Positions 1-9,372 are shown, counted from the stretch's first letter. The stretch is DNA of 42,214 nt from Thermoproteota archaeon (GCA_037917625.1 JAVCBY010000044.1:1-42214), one strand, 5' to 3'. Translations and numbers: made by a program. Notes: a model not told the origin generated them from the sequence alone.

Positions 1-361
1 TCGCATAGATGTACCAGGACGAGGAGAAAGCTGTAACTATTAAGAATTCAATGAAACCCAAGAAAATGCTTAAAGCTATCCCGAGGAATGAGAGTGCTAT
101 GTAAATATTCAGGGCTTCCCTCTTAGATACCCTTCCGGAAGGTATGGGCCTATGAGGCTTGTTTATCGCATCTATCTCAGCATCATAATAATCGTTTATT
201 GCATTACCAGCCATCAAAACGAGAGGAGGTATGAGACAGGTCAGGATGAGCCTCGCATCATAAACGGATGTAGAGTTCACCCATCCAGTTAGGGCCCCCA
301 GTATAGACATCAGCGCGTTTTTAGGCCTGGATAGCTCTACATAAGCTCCCAGCTTTCCCAT
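1..361 (-). CDS. UbiA-family prenyltransferase, likely digeranylgeranylglyceryl phosphate synthase (runs off the left edge)
   Basis: Manual translation MGKLGAYVELSRPKN...AGNAINDYYDAEIDAINKPHRPIPSGRVS carries the UbiA NDxxDxxxD and RPIPSG motifs; alternative GTG start at 370; not in ORF track. Confidence 0.88.
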   Translation of the reverse strand, partial: MGKLGAYVELSRPKNALMSILGALTGWVNSTSVYDARLILTCLIPPLVLMAGNAINDYYDAEIDAINKPHRPIPSGRVSKREALNIYIALSFLGIALSIFLGFIEFLIVTAFSSSWYIYA

Positions 362-407
362 AGCGAGCACCTCACAGTTTAATAAAATAAAAAGATATCA
401 TCGATCG

Positions 408-1352
408 GTGCCCTCCTTGGAGGTCAGGGTCGGTGTAGTTGGGTGCGGTTGGTTCGGCTCCGCTCATGCCAGAGTTTACAGAACTATAGGAGATGCTAAA
501 CTCGTTGCTGTGGCTGATAAAGATGAGAATGCTGCGAGGAGGCTCGCGGAATATTATCATGTGAATCACTATACTTCAGTCGAGGGGATGATAAGGAGAG
601 AATCCCTAGATGCCGTTAGTGTAGTTGTAACACCGCAACATCTATTTGAAGTCACTAAGGAGGCCTTGGAGCTTGGAGTCTCCGTTCTAGCGGAAAAGCC
701 CATCGTAACGAGTAGGAATGAGCTCTCTATCCTCTCTTCTATCGTTAAGAAGGGCGGTATCTTCATGCCTGGCTTCATAGAGCTATTCAATCCAGCTGTG
801 ATGAAGTTGAAGGAACTCCTGGAGGATGGGATCATAGGTAGCATCTCCTCAATTTCCTCGAGGAGAGCTGGCAGGCTTCCTAAGAAGGTCCTCGGATGGA
901 AGATAGGGGTTGTCTTGGATCTAGGGATTCATGAAGCTTATGTACACAGATACCTCATGAATGAAGATCCTCTAAATTCTCTATCTTACACAACTAGACT
1001 TCTCAATGATGCAGAGGGGGAGGATCTAGCCATACTGATCTTCTCATATCCTGACGGTGTGATAGCAATAATAGAAGCTAATTGGTTGACTACAGCTGGG
1101 ATAAGGAACATGACGATCACTGGAGAGAATGGAAGCATATTTATCGACTACACAGACCAATTCATAAGAGTGGAGAGGGGAGATCACTCCCTGATCCTTA
1201 GATTGAGGAAGGAGGAGCCGCTCTACAAGGAGCTCTCACATTTCATAGAGAGCGTCAAGGGAGGGAGGGATCCTATTGTAGGATTTGAATTCGCGGAGAG
1301 CGTCCTCAACAATATCTTCAACGCGATGGATAGGAGGATAGTTCTTAAGTGA
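408..1352 (+). CDS. Gfo/Idh/MocA family NAD(P)-dependent oxidoreductase
   Basis: GVVGCGWFG Rossmann motif, AEKP motif, DLGIH catalytic motif. Confidence 0.9.
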   Translation: MPSLEVRVGVVGCGWFGSAHARVYRTIGDAKLVAVADKDENAARRLAEYYHVNHYTSVEGMIRRESLDAVSVVVTPQHLFEVTKEALELGVSVLAEKPIVTSRNELSILSSIVKKGGIFMPGFIELFNPAVMKLKELLEDGIIGSISSISSRRAGRLPKKVLGWKIGVVLDLGIHEAYVHRYLMNEDPLNSLSYTTRLLNDAEGEDLAILIFSYPDGVIAIIEANWLTTAGIRNMTITGENGSIFIDYTDQFIRVERGDHSLILRLRKEEPLYKELSHFIESVKGGRDPIVGFEFAESVLNNIFNAMDRRIVLK

Positions 1353-1517
1353 GTAGTTGAGTTGACTTATGAGTGTATCGTAAGCTCAGATCCGTGAGTC
1401 AATTGGATAAGCTTCGATTTTCCATAAATTTCAATGATGGAAGATTTAAGCATCCCAAATACTATCTCGAGACGCTCACTCAAAGATTTTTAAGGTAAAT
1501 TCCTTTAGAGATTTAAG

Positions 1518-2603
1518 GTGGAGCGGATGGCGAAGATCCGAGGCATCTTAAGGGACGGGTTCGTCTACGTTGAGGGGGATTTCGATAAACTATACAGGCA
1601 GGGCTACGGGGAGATCGTTGAGGGCTCCCTCCAGATGTATCCTCTAGAAGCCTCCTACTTAATTTGGGATCAGAGGATGGAGGTTTTTGATGAAAATGGA
1701 AAAAATATTAGCTTTGAAGACCTATTGACTATAATGATCTCCGAGCCTGCTGCCTTCCTCAAGTATGTAGTCTATAGCGATCTAAGGAGGAAGAACAGGT
1801 TGATCGTTTATGAGAGGGCTACGGAGTTCCTCAGGCTCTATCCAAAAGGGGCATCCATAGGGGAGAGAGCTTCGAAGCAGTTAGTCCTTCCTCTCTCGGA
1901 AGACCAGCCTATATCCCATCATCAGATACTATCCTCCCTCGAGAAAGTCATGAGGCTCAGGAAGGAGCTCATACTAGCGGTCGTGGATGATGAGATGAAC
2001 GTCACATATTATGAGATAGAGAGATTCTCTCCTAAGCCAAGGGAGAGCAATCTGAAGGATATTCCTGAGAAATCCGGAGTTCTTATAGGTGATAGAGTAC
2101 TAATATTTGAGGATCCATCCGGACTTTACTCCAAGGGTTTCTGGGGACACCCAATAGGGATAGAGAAACCGGAGCCTTTCAAGGATTACGAACAACCTCT
2201 CCAACTGCCTCTTATAGAGGCCCTCTACTTAGTCTCGAGGGGGAAGTTGAAGGTCAGAGATCCTAAAGGAAATATTATAGGGTTAGAAGAACTGAGAAAG
2301 ATCTTCTCTAGTGTTAGAGATAATGCTGAGGTGAAGGAGAAGGTGTTCTCCTACTGGAGGGATTTGGGGTATATCCCGAAGGCCGGCTCGAAGTACGGGG
2401 TCGATTACATGATATATGAGAGGGGGCCGGGCCTCGAGCACGCACCTTACCTCTGTATCGCGAGCGATATAAGGGGGAAGGTAAGGCCCATAGATCTGAT
2501 AAGAGCTGGCAGACTCGCTACTTCAGTCAGGAAGGAGCTAGTAGTATCCTTAGTCTCTGGAGAAGATGTATTGAGCTACAAGTTGAGATGGTTCAAGACA
2601 TGA
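1518..2603 (+). CDS. endA: tRNA-intron (splicing) endonuclease, two-unit homodimer type
   Basis: Two tandem EndA units; C-terminal unit has catalytic Y (GSKYGVDY), H (GPGLEHA) and K (ATSVRK). Confidence 0.92.
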   Translation: MERMAKIRGILRDGFVYVEGDFDKLYRQGYGEIVEGSLQMYPLEASYLIWDQRMEVFDENGKNISFEDLLTIMISEPAAFLKYVVYSDLRRKNRLIVYERATEFLRLYPKGASIGERASKQLVLPLSEDQPISHHQILSSLEKVMRLRKELILAVVDDEMNVTYYEIERFSPKPRESNLKDIPEKSGVLIGDRVLIFEDPSGLYSKGFWGHPIGIEKPEPFKDYEQPLQLPLIEALYLVSRGKLKVRDPKGNIIGLEELRKIFSSVRDNAEVKEKVFSYWRDLGYIPKAGSKYGVDYMIYERGPGLEHAPYLCIASDIRGKVRPIDLIRAGRLATSVRKELVVSLVSGEDVLSYKLRWFKT

Positions 2604-3003
2604 TCCTCCTAGCGAATTCCTCAACGGATATCCCCTTAGATCTCGCGAGATCGAGATCTATAGCGAGATATCCAGATTTCAGCTCCCTAGCATCATCTAT
2701 CTTGAGCATGTAGAAGTTCCCCCTCCTCTCCGATGTGAACTTCACAGCGACCCATGGTTCAGCTCCTATAATAGATGCTAGCGAGTTTATGGACCTGACC
2801 TCCTCTGGAGGAATGTATACAGCCTCCTTGGAGGAGACCTTCACTTCTATCACAGCTATCCTCCCCCTGAAGCCCGCTATTATATCTGTAGATGGGTGAG
2901 TTGATGCTCCACTCCCAGCGACCCTCACAGCACCTATCCCTAGCCTCCAGAACTTATCTAGGAGGTCCCTCTCAGCCTTAGTACCCTTCCTCTTGACCTT
3001 CAT
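2593..3003 (-). CDS. hjc: Holliday junction resolvase Hjc
   Basis: KG..AER.L, RVAGSG, D-IIA and IEVK (PD-(D/E)XK) motifs. Confidence 0.9.
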   Translation of the reverse strand: MKVKRKGTKAERDLLDKFWRLGIGAVRVAGSGASTHPSTDIIAGFRGRIAVIEVKVSSKEAVYIPPEEVRSINSLASIIGAEPWVAVKFTSERRGNFYMLKIDDARELKSGYLAIDLDLARSKGISVEEFARRIMS

Positions 3004-3809
3004 TTGCTCCCACCAGTCAGGTTTATCGCTCCCTCAGGAGTCACCAATATAGTATCCTCATATTGAGCTACGGGCCTCCCAGAGGCCTCTGTGAGGGGAG
3101 GATAGGGGAGGAGCGCTCCCTTCTTAGTCAAGCGGATCAAGGCATCATTCACCCTCATCCCCATCTCATTCCAGATCCACCTCTCGCAGAAAGGCAATTT
3201 ACTGTAATTTCTCTCTATAGACTTGAGGACCCTCCTCTCCACCTCGTCTCGCGTCCCCACTTTCTTCCTCAGGGAGAATATGAGGGGCTCGCCTTGAGAT
3301 ACTACGTAACCTTTAGAATCCGGCGTAGTTACAAAAGGTTCGATAGCGAAAACATCCCACTAGACTATCGTCTCGTATATTGCTTCGCTCACCTCTATCA
3401 GTTTCCTCCCAGGGGCCATCTTTTCAATAGCCTTCAGTAAAGCTTCTCTAGCTACTTCAGCCATATCCTCATATCTATCATCGAGTACGACTGTTCTAGC
3501 TGCATCCACTATGATCCCCTTATCGTGAGATCCCATATCGAGCTTCACCAAAGAGCCCGAGGGGATCGAGCTGCCATCCCCTGGGAACGGTGTGTAGTGA
3601 GCTGCAATATGATTCAACGAGATGTTAGTTGGGAAGGCTGGCTCGTATCCCATCTCCCTTATCCCACGCTCGGATTCCTCAGCTATTTCGATTAGCTTAG
3701 CTCCTTCCTTCACTCTACTGACGAAATTTTCTAAGATGAGGGAATGAGCTTCACCGAGCCTCAACATAGCATCTATGCGATCCTCATCCATATGCCTCTC
3801 AACACTCAC
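3000..3809 (-). pseudogene. map: Type II methionine aminopeptidase, disrupted by in-frame TAG at 3360-3362 and apparent internal deletion
   Basis: PAFP.N.S.N..AAHYTP, D.G.H and D-A-A in the 5' part; same frame resumes WDVFAIEPF...LPF..RW...AQYEDT after the stop; the NLxGH...H.G segment is absent. Confidence 0.8.
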
Positions 3810-3850
3810 TTCGACGTCGGATTAAAAAAAGAATCCTGATAGATCTCGTT

Positions 3851-4480
3851 ATGAGGAGGATATACTTAAGGGAGGGGGGAGAAAGTATAATAGATGAGGT
3901 AGTCGATGCGTTGAGAAGGGGGAAGCTCGTAATCTACCCAACGGATACTGTTTACGGTCTTGGGGCTGATGCTGAAAATGTAGATGCTGTCAGGAGGGTT
4001 TATGAAGTTAAGGGGAGGCCCGAGGAGAAGAGGCTCACGATAGCTGTGAGCGATATAGAGATGGCTGAGAGGTACGCTGTAGTGGATGAAATTAGCAGGA
4101 GACTTATGGAAAAATTTTTACCAGGAAAGGTGACTTTCATACTTAAAAAGACATCTAGAGTTCCAGATATCGTAAATCCTGAGGCAATAGGCATAAGGAT
4201 CTCCAACATCCCGATAATATTGAGGATCATAAGGGAGTTCGGAAGAGCTATAACAGCTACTAGTGCGAACAAATCCGGAAATCCACCTAAGTTAGATCCT
4301 GAGGAGGCTGCTATGGAGATAGAAGCTGATCTCCTCTTAGATTATGGAAAGCTACCCCCTAGTAGACCATCGACGATAGTGGATTTAACGGAAGGGGAGC
4401 CTGTATTAGTGAGGGAGGGGGATGTACCATTCAGCCTCGTGATGAGGGAATACTCGAGGATAAGATATCTCTTGGCATAG
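3851..4480 (+). CDS. tsaC: L-threonylcarbamoyladenylate synthase (YrdC/TsaC type, no SUA5 C-terminal domain)
   Basis: YPTDTVYGLG, KGR and TSANKSG motifs; 209 aa. Confidence 0.92.
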   Translation: MRRIYLREGGESIIDEVVDALRRGKLVIYPTDTVYGLGADAENVDAVRRVYEVKGRPEEKRLTIAVSDIEMAERYAVVDEISRRLMEKFLPGKVTFILKKTSRVPDIVNPEAIGIRISNIPIILRIIREFGRAITATSANKSGNPPKLDPEEAAMEIEADLLLDYGKLPPSRPSTIVDLTEGEPVLVREGDVPFSLVMREYSRIRYLLA

Positions 4481-5439
4481 AATCGACAGCTCACACTTTT
4501 GGTGTCGGTTTAGTGGATGGAAGGGGAAGAATATTAGCGAACAAATGGCACACATACTCCTCAGAGAGCGGAGGGATGAGGCCTCATGATATAGCTGAGC
4601 ATCACTTTAGTGTATCGCTAAGCGTCCTAGAGGATGCTTTATCCTCAGCTAGTGTTTCCCCGAAGGATATATCGATTATAGGTTTCTCTAGAGGTCCAGG
4701 GATAGGACAAGCCCTGACAGTAGGAGCCTTCATAGCCAGATCCCTCTCCTTGAAGATTAAGAAGCCTCTCTTCGGTGTAAATCACCCGATAGCTCACATA
4801 GAGATAGGGAGAGCCGTAACGGGGAGTAGGGACCCAGTGATCCTCTACGTCTCCGGGGGGAACACTCAAGTAATCTCGCATAATGGGAGGAGATATGTCG
4901 TCCTGGGAGAGACCTTAGATATAGGGTTGGGTAACGCTCAGGATAGGCTCGGCAGGGAGATAGGTCTCCCCTTCCCACCCGGCCCTATAATTGATAAGAT
5001 CGAGGGTAATTGGGTGGAGCTCCCATATACTGTGAAGGGGATGGACCTCAGCTTCAGCGGCTTACTCACGGAATCCCTGAGGAAGTTGAGAGCAGGGTTT
5101 AAGAAAGAAGATATTGTGTGGAGCTTCATGGAAGTCGCCTTCTCTATGACCGTTGAGGTCGCAGAGAGGGCCCTAGCGCTCACGGGCAAGGAGGAGTTAT
5201 TATTAGTTGGAGGGGTAGCTGCATCACCTAGATTCAAGGAGAAGGTGAGGAAGATGTGCGAGGAGAGAGACGCGAGACTGAAAGTACCTCCTCCAGATTT
5301 AGCGAGGGATAATGGTGCTATGATAGCTTGGGCAGCCTTACTCTGCTACAAGCATGGGATCCTCCCCCCAGATGACCCCATGAGCTCCAATATACTGCCT
5401 GAATGGAGGGTCGATGATCTGCTCTGGCCATTGGTATAA
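4450..5439 (+). CDS. kae1: KEOPS t6A synthase Kae1 (true start uncertain, upstream of GTG 4513)
   Basis: In-frame ISLGIESTAHTFGVG upstream of 4513, VNHPIAHIEIG, VSGGNT, VKGMDLSFSG, DNGAMIA. Confidence 0.9.
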   Translation: MLEDKISLGIESTAHTFGVGLVDGRGRILANKWHTYSSESGGMRPHDIAEHHFSVSLSVLEDALSSASVSPKDISIIGFSRGPGIGQALTVGAFIARSLSLKIKKPLFGVNHPIAHIEIGRAVTGSRDPVILYVSGGNTQVISHNGRRYVVLGETLDIGLGNAQDRLGREIGLPFPPGPIIDKIEGNWVELPYTVKGMDLSFSGLLTESLRKLRAGFKKEDIVWSFMEVAFSMTVEVAERALALTGKEELLLVGGVAASPRFKEKVRKMCEERDARLKVPPPDLARDNGAMIAWAALLCYKHGILPPDDPMSSNILPEWRVDDLLWPLV

Positions 5440-5449
5440 GGTGTGAGCT

Positions 5450-6031
5450 ATGTTCAACATATGCCTCTCCGGTATGGCCGGGACGGGAAAGAGCACACTA
5501 GCGAGGAAGCTAGCTGAGAGATACGGGCTCAAGGTAGTATCAGGTGGGGAGATATTGAAGGAGATTATCGCAGGTAAGGAGAGCCTGGAAGATCCAGGTT
5601 GGTGGGAGAGAGAACAGGGAGAAATAGCATTGGAACAAAGATTAAAGGACTCAAAGTACGATCTAGAGGTCGATAGGAGATTGATGGAACTCGCTAAGGA
5701 AGGTGGGTATATTTTGGATTCCTGGACGATGGCCTACCTTTTAGACTGCGATTCCTGTATAAAGATATTTTTGAAAGCGGATTTCGAGTCTAGAGCTCTC
5801 AGAGTTGCCGAAAGGGATAAGATAAGTATAGAGGAGGCGAAGAGAAGGATAAAGATTAAGGAGGAAAGGAGCTATAGGATATATAAGGGTCTGTATGGCT
5901 TCGATATCGGTAAGGATCTGAGCCCATTCCATCTCGTGATAGATACCACTGAACTCAGCCCGGATGATGTATTCCGTGTAGTGAGCGCATACATAGACTG
6001 CCTGCTAAATAAGTATAATAATTTTCCATAA
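5450..6031 (+). CDS. cmk: Cytidylate kinase, archaeal type
   Basis: SGMAGTGKST P-loop, D..VD, R..RVA.RD, R...IY..YG.DI pattern. Confidence 0.82.
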   Translation: MFNICLSGMAGTGKSTLARKLAERYGLKVVSGGEILKEIIAGKESLEDPGWWEREQGEIALEQRLKDSKYDLEVDRRLMELAKEGGYILDSWTMAYLLDCDSCIKIFLKADFESRALRVAERDKISIEEAKRRIKIKEERSYRIYKGLYGFDIGKDLSPFHLVIDTTELSPDDVFRVVSAYIDCLLNKYNNFP

Positions 6032-6116
6032 AATCACATTTATTATTAAAATTTTTATTAGTAGAGAGGCACCTGGACTTCAAGGTTAAAATATCTGTAG
6101 CACATATATACGGGGA

Positions 6117-7010
6117 ATGTTGACGAAGGAGCTGAGCAGGGAAGTTGAGGAGATAAGAAGGAGATTTGGGATAGTCGGTAGGAGAGAGGAGTTAGCTAAA
6201 ATGTTGATAGCTGCCAGAGGGAGAAAGCACATACTTCTAGAGGGCCCAGTAGGTGTCGGAAAGACATTCTTAGCGAGGGCCCTTGCTGAGTACCTCTGCA
6301 GAGATTTCATAAGGATAGATGGTGATGAGAGGCTAGACGAGAACAAGCTTCTCGGTTATTGGGACCCACCTATCGTCCTAAAGATGGGATACGTTGAGGA
6401 AGCCTTCGTACCGGGTCCGCTCACGAGAGCAGCTCTCTCAGGATCGATCTTATTCATAAATGAGCTGAATAGACTACCTGAATCCGCTCAGAATGCATTA
6501 CTGCCAGCTATGGATGAGGGGATAATTCAGATACCTCACCTAGGTACCTTGAAGGCCAAGGAAGGCTTCCTGATAATAGCTACTCAGAACCCTGAGGAGG
6601 ATATAGGGGTCTATAGATTATCTGAAGCGTTGAGGGATAGGTTCGTCCTGATAAAGTTAGGATATCCGAGCAGGGAGGAGGAGATAGAGATAGTTAAGGC
6701 TCAAGTACCCGATGTAGAGGATAAGATAGCTGAGATAAGTGTTGATATAGTGAGGAGGACTAGGGAGCATCCTGTCATAATTAGGGGATGTTCCGTCCGC
6801 TCCTCAATAGATTTAGCGAGGATAACGAGTCTGATGGATGGAGGGGATGAGAAATGGTATACTTCAGCCTTAATGACACTACCTCAAAGGATTGAGACAG
6901 GTGATTCCAGCGTAGATAAGGAGAACTTAGTGAAGGAACTTGTCAGATCAGTTTTAGGGGGATATAAGGGGGATTTTCCCATCCAGAGGGACCTCCAAAG
7001 GTCCCGATGA
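6117..7010 (+). CDS. MoxR/CoxD-like AAA+ ATPase
   Basis: Walker A GPVGVGKT, Walker B variant LFINELNR, ATQNP sensor I, LSEALRDRF arginine finger. Confidence 0.88.
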   Translation: MLTKELSREVEEIRRRFGIVGRREELAKMLIAARGRKHILLEGPVGVGKTFLARALAEYLCRDFIRIDGDERLDENKLLGYWDPPIVLKMGYVEEAFVPGPLTRAALSGSILFINELNRLPESAQNALLPAMDEGIIQIPHLGTLKAKEGFLIIATQNPEEDIGVYRLSEALRDRFVLIKLGYPSREEEIEIVKAQVPDVEDKIAEISVDIVRRTREHPVIIRGCSVRSSIDLARITSLMDGGDEKWYTSALMTLPQRIETGDSSVDKENLVKELVRSVLGGYKGDFPIQRDLQRSR

Positions 7011-7993
7011 CATTCGAATTCGGGAAAGCTCATGTCCAGCATCAGAGGGAATTCATTAGCTTAGATTATGATAAAATGAAGGAGATAGCAAATTATTATC
7101 TGATTAATGGAGACCTAAATGGTCTTTTGGCTCTCTCAAACTACAGCCAGATATTAGTAGCTGAATTGATCTCTGAGAGTGGTTTCCCAGAGAGAGCAAT
7201 TCTCTCGATGGAGAGGGACCCGGAAGCTGCTGTTAAGTTGTATAGGCAGGTGAGATGGAAGCTCAATGAGAGATCTAGATCTCTCTTCAAGAGACTGATA
7301 GCTAAAATAGTGATAAAGATATCATCTGGAGACTCAAGAGGTTTTTCAGTGAATTCTAGGGAATATTCAGGGGCCTATTCTCCGGGGATGGAGTTCGATC
7401 TCGAGAGAACCATTGAGAGGATGATAGAGAGATGCAAGAAAGTTGATGAGATGAGGTATGAGGACATAGTAGCCTCTGATAGGAGGAAAAGGGATAAGTC
7501 CCTTATAATTATCTTGGATTCGAGTGGATCTATGACCGGAAAGAAGATACTATTAGCGATGATGATAGCAGCTATAGCATCCCACAAACTGAGAGGAGGA
7601 AAGTATGGCGTGGTGGGATTCAACAGCACAGCCTTCGTTATAAAATCTCCCATGGAAAATAAGAATTCTGTTAAAGTAATTGAAGAGATACTTGATTTAG
7701 TCCCTATCGGATATACAAATATATCGGATGGCCTCAAAAAGGGATTGGAGATATCATACAATCTCAAGAATCCTAAGTACCTCCTCATAACTGATGGGGA
7801 GTATAACGTGGGTGAGGATCCTAGGAAAGTCGCGAGACGTTTCAAGAACTTATGCGTCATCCATACGAGAGAGAGGAGAGATTCAAGAGGATCCGCCTTA
7901 TGCAAGGAGATAGCGAGAATCGGAGGTAGTAAATACTTCGTTATAGATGACATAAGGCAGATCCAACGCGTGATGAGGAGTATCTTGGGTTGA
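7007..7993 (+). CDS. von Willebrand factor A (vWA) domain protein, partner of the AAA+ ATPase
   Basis: MIDAS DSSGS...T...ITDG; ATGA overlap with the ATPase; lies in the -1 frame. Confidence 0.88.
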   Translation: MTFEFGKAHVQHQREFISLDYDKMKEIANYYLINGDLNGLLALSNYSQILVAELISESGFPERAILSMERDPEAAVKLYRQVRWKLNERSRSLFKRLIAKIVIKISSGDSRGFSVNSREYSGAYSPGMEFDLERTIERMIERCKKVDEMRYEDIVASDRRKRDKSLIIILDSSGSMTGKKILLAMMIAAIASHKLRGGKYGVVGFNSTAFVIKSPMENKNSVKVIEEILDLVPIGYTNISDGLKKGLEISYNLKNPKYLLITDGEYNVGEDPRKVARRFKNLCVIHTRERRDSRGSALCKEIARIGGSKYFVIDDIRQIQRVMRSILG

Positions 7994-8066
7994 TCGCTTA
8001 ACTCACCTAATGCAGTCGGTTTTAGATGGAGGAACGATTAAATAGATATTCAGCTAAGTGAGAGTG

Positions 8067-8151
8067 GCGGGGGTGGCCGAGAGGTCCAAGGCGCCAGCCT
8101 TAGGAGCTGGTGAGCATCAGGCTCGCGTGGGTTCAAATCCCACCCCCCGCA
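8067..8151 (+). tRNA. tRNA-Leu(UAG)
   Basis: GCGGGGG/CCCCCGC acceptor, CCAGC-CTTAGGA-GCTGG anticodon arm, long variable arm, GGTTCAAATCC T arm. Confidence 0.95.
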
Positions 8152-8169
8152 CTAATTTAAGGTCTAAAG

Positions 8170-8182
8170 TTTTTTAAAAAAA
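8170..8182. terminator. Putative bidirectional T-tract terminator
   Basis: T6 followed by A7 between convergent tRNA-Leu and glycosyltransferase. Confidence 0.5.
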
Positions 8183-8211
8183 TGAGTATGAGTTAATTAT
8201 ATCCTTCGAAG

Positions 8212-9372
8212 TCAATAGATAACGCTCTCAATCACGCTTACAGCCCTCCCCAAGAAATCCCAGTTTGAGAACCTTCTCCTGAATTCCATGGCCCTCTTCG
8301 AGAACTCATCATCCTCAAGGAGGGTCCTCAAATGATTAAAGAATTCCTTTTTAACTTTCTCCTGCTCTAAGTTGATTCCCAGTCCTAATTCTTGAACTAT
8401 CTTTGCATTCTCAATCTTCTCCGTCTGACCGGGGACTGGGATCAGAAGCAGCGGTTTTCCGCAGAGGAGGGCCTCTGAGATTATCGTATGGCCCGCTCTC
8501 GAGACTACTACTTTAGCCCTGGAGAGGAAATCCCACTTATTCGGGAGCCAGCTGTAAGCTGTGACTCTATCGGACAGTCTCTCTATCCTTAGATCCCCAG
8601 GATCCCCTAAGGAGATAACGAATTCCAGCCCTCTGAGATCATCTGGTACTTCTCTCATGAAATCCAAGAGCTCTGAGATTAAAGGCTTCCTCTCAGCCTC
8701 TGGTCCAGATATCATTATTAAAACTACATTCCCCTCCCCTTCACTGCATTTGGGCTCTATTAAGGGACCTGAGAAGACGAGCCTATCCATTAGTGCTTTA
8801 GGGAGGTCTGATGTGTGATACTTAGATATACTGAAGGGAGGGGGAAAATCTGCGACTATAGTAGCTTGAGAAACAGCCCAGAACCTAGTTATCATAGAAT
8901 TTACTAAAAATTCGACTTTTTTAGCTAAAGATTTCCCGAGGATCTCCCTTCTCCATCCACCTATGAGGGGATGAAGTAGTAGCTTAGGTTGATTAAGCAC
9001 AGAGACCGTGGGGAGACCTAAGTACTCTGATGCGATGATTGTCTGCAGCCTAGAATCTGAGATCACTACATCAGGAGATATCGCTTCAATATTCTTCTTC
9101 TCCTCTAAGATCTGAGATATGAATTCTCTGAGTATGCTCGGATCCTTAAGAGTCCCCCAGAAATCTGGGGATCCATCTTCCTTACTCTTCCATAGGATCT
9201 CATTCCCTCCTCCAAGCACCTCGAATTTGCTCGCTTTTAGGTAAGAATAAGCATCTCCTCTCGCTGAGAGATATACTGAGAATCCCTCCTCCATCAATCT
9301 ATCAGCTAAGTTCGCGCACCTAGAAGCGTGACCGTACCCTATGCCCAGGGGGGATATATAAGCTCTCAACAT
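8212..9372 (-). CDS. GT-B glycosyltransferase (GT28/MurG-like C-terminal domain)
   Basis: GIGYGHASR, PDVVISD, SRAGHTIISEA, P...Q.E...NA motifs. Confidence 0.85.
   Translation of the reverse strand: MLRAYISPLGIGYGHASRCANLADRLMEEGFSVYLSARGDAYSYLKASKFEVLGGGNEILWKSKEDGSPDFWGTLKDPSILREFISQILEEKKNIEAISPDVVISDSRLQTIIASEYLGLPTVSVLNQPKLLLHPLIGGWRREILGKSLAKKVEFLVNSMITRFWAVSQATIVADFPPPFSISKYHTSDLPKALMDRLVFSGPLIEPKCSEGEGNVVLIMISGPEAERKPLISELLDFMREVPDDLRGLEFVISLGDPGDLRIERLSDRVTAYSWLPNKWDFLSRAKVVVSRAGHTIISEALLCGKPLLLIPVPGQTEKIENAKIVQELGLGINLEQEKVKKEFFNHLRTLLEDDEFSKRAMEFRRRFSNWDFLGRAVSVIESVIY

Noticed and set aside
3360-3362. Pyrrolysine or readthrough at the in-frame TAG in map
   Set aside because: About 39 conserved codons are missing at the same point, so readthrough would not restore the enzyme; no pyl genes in the window
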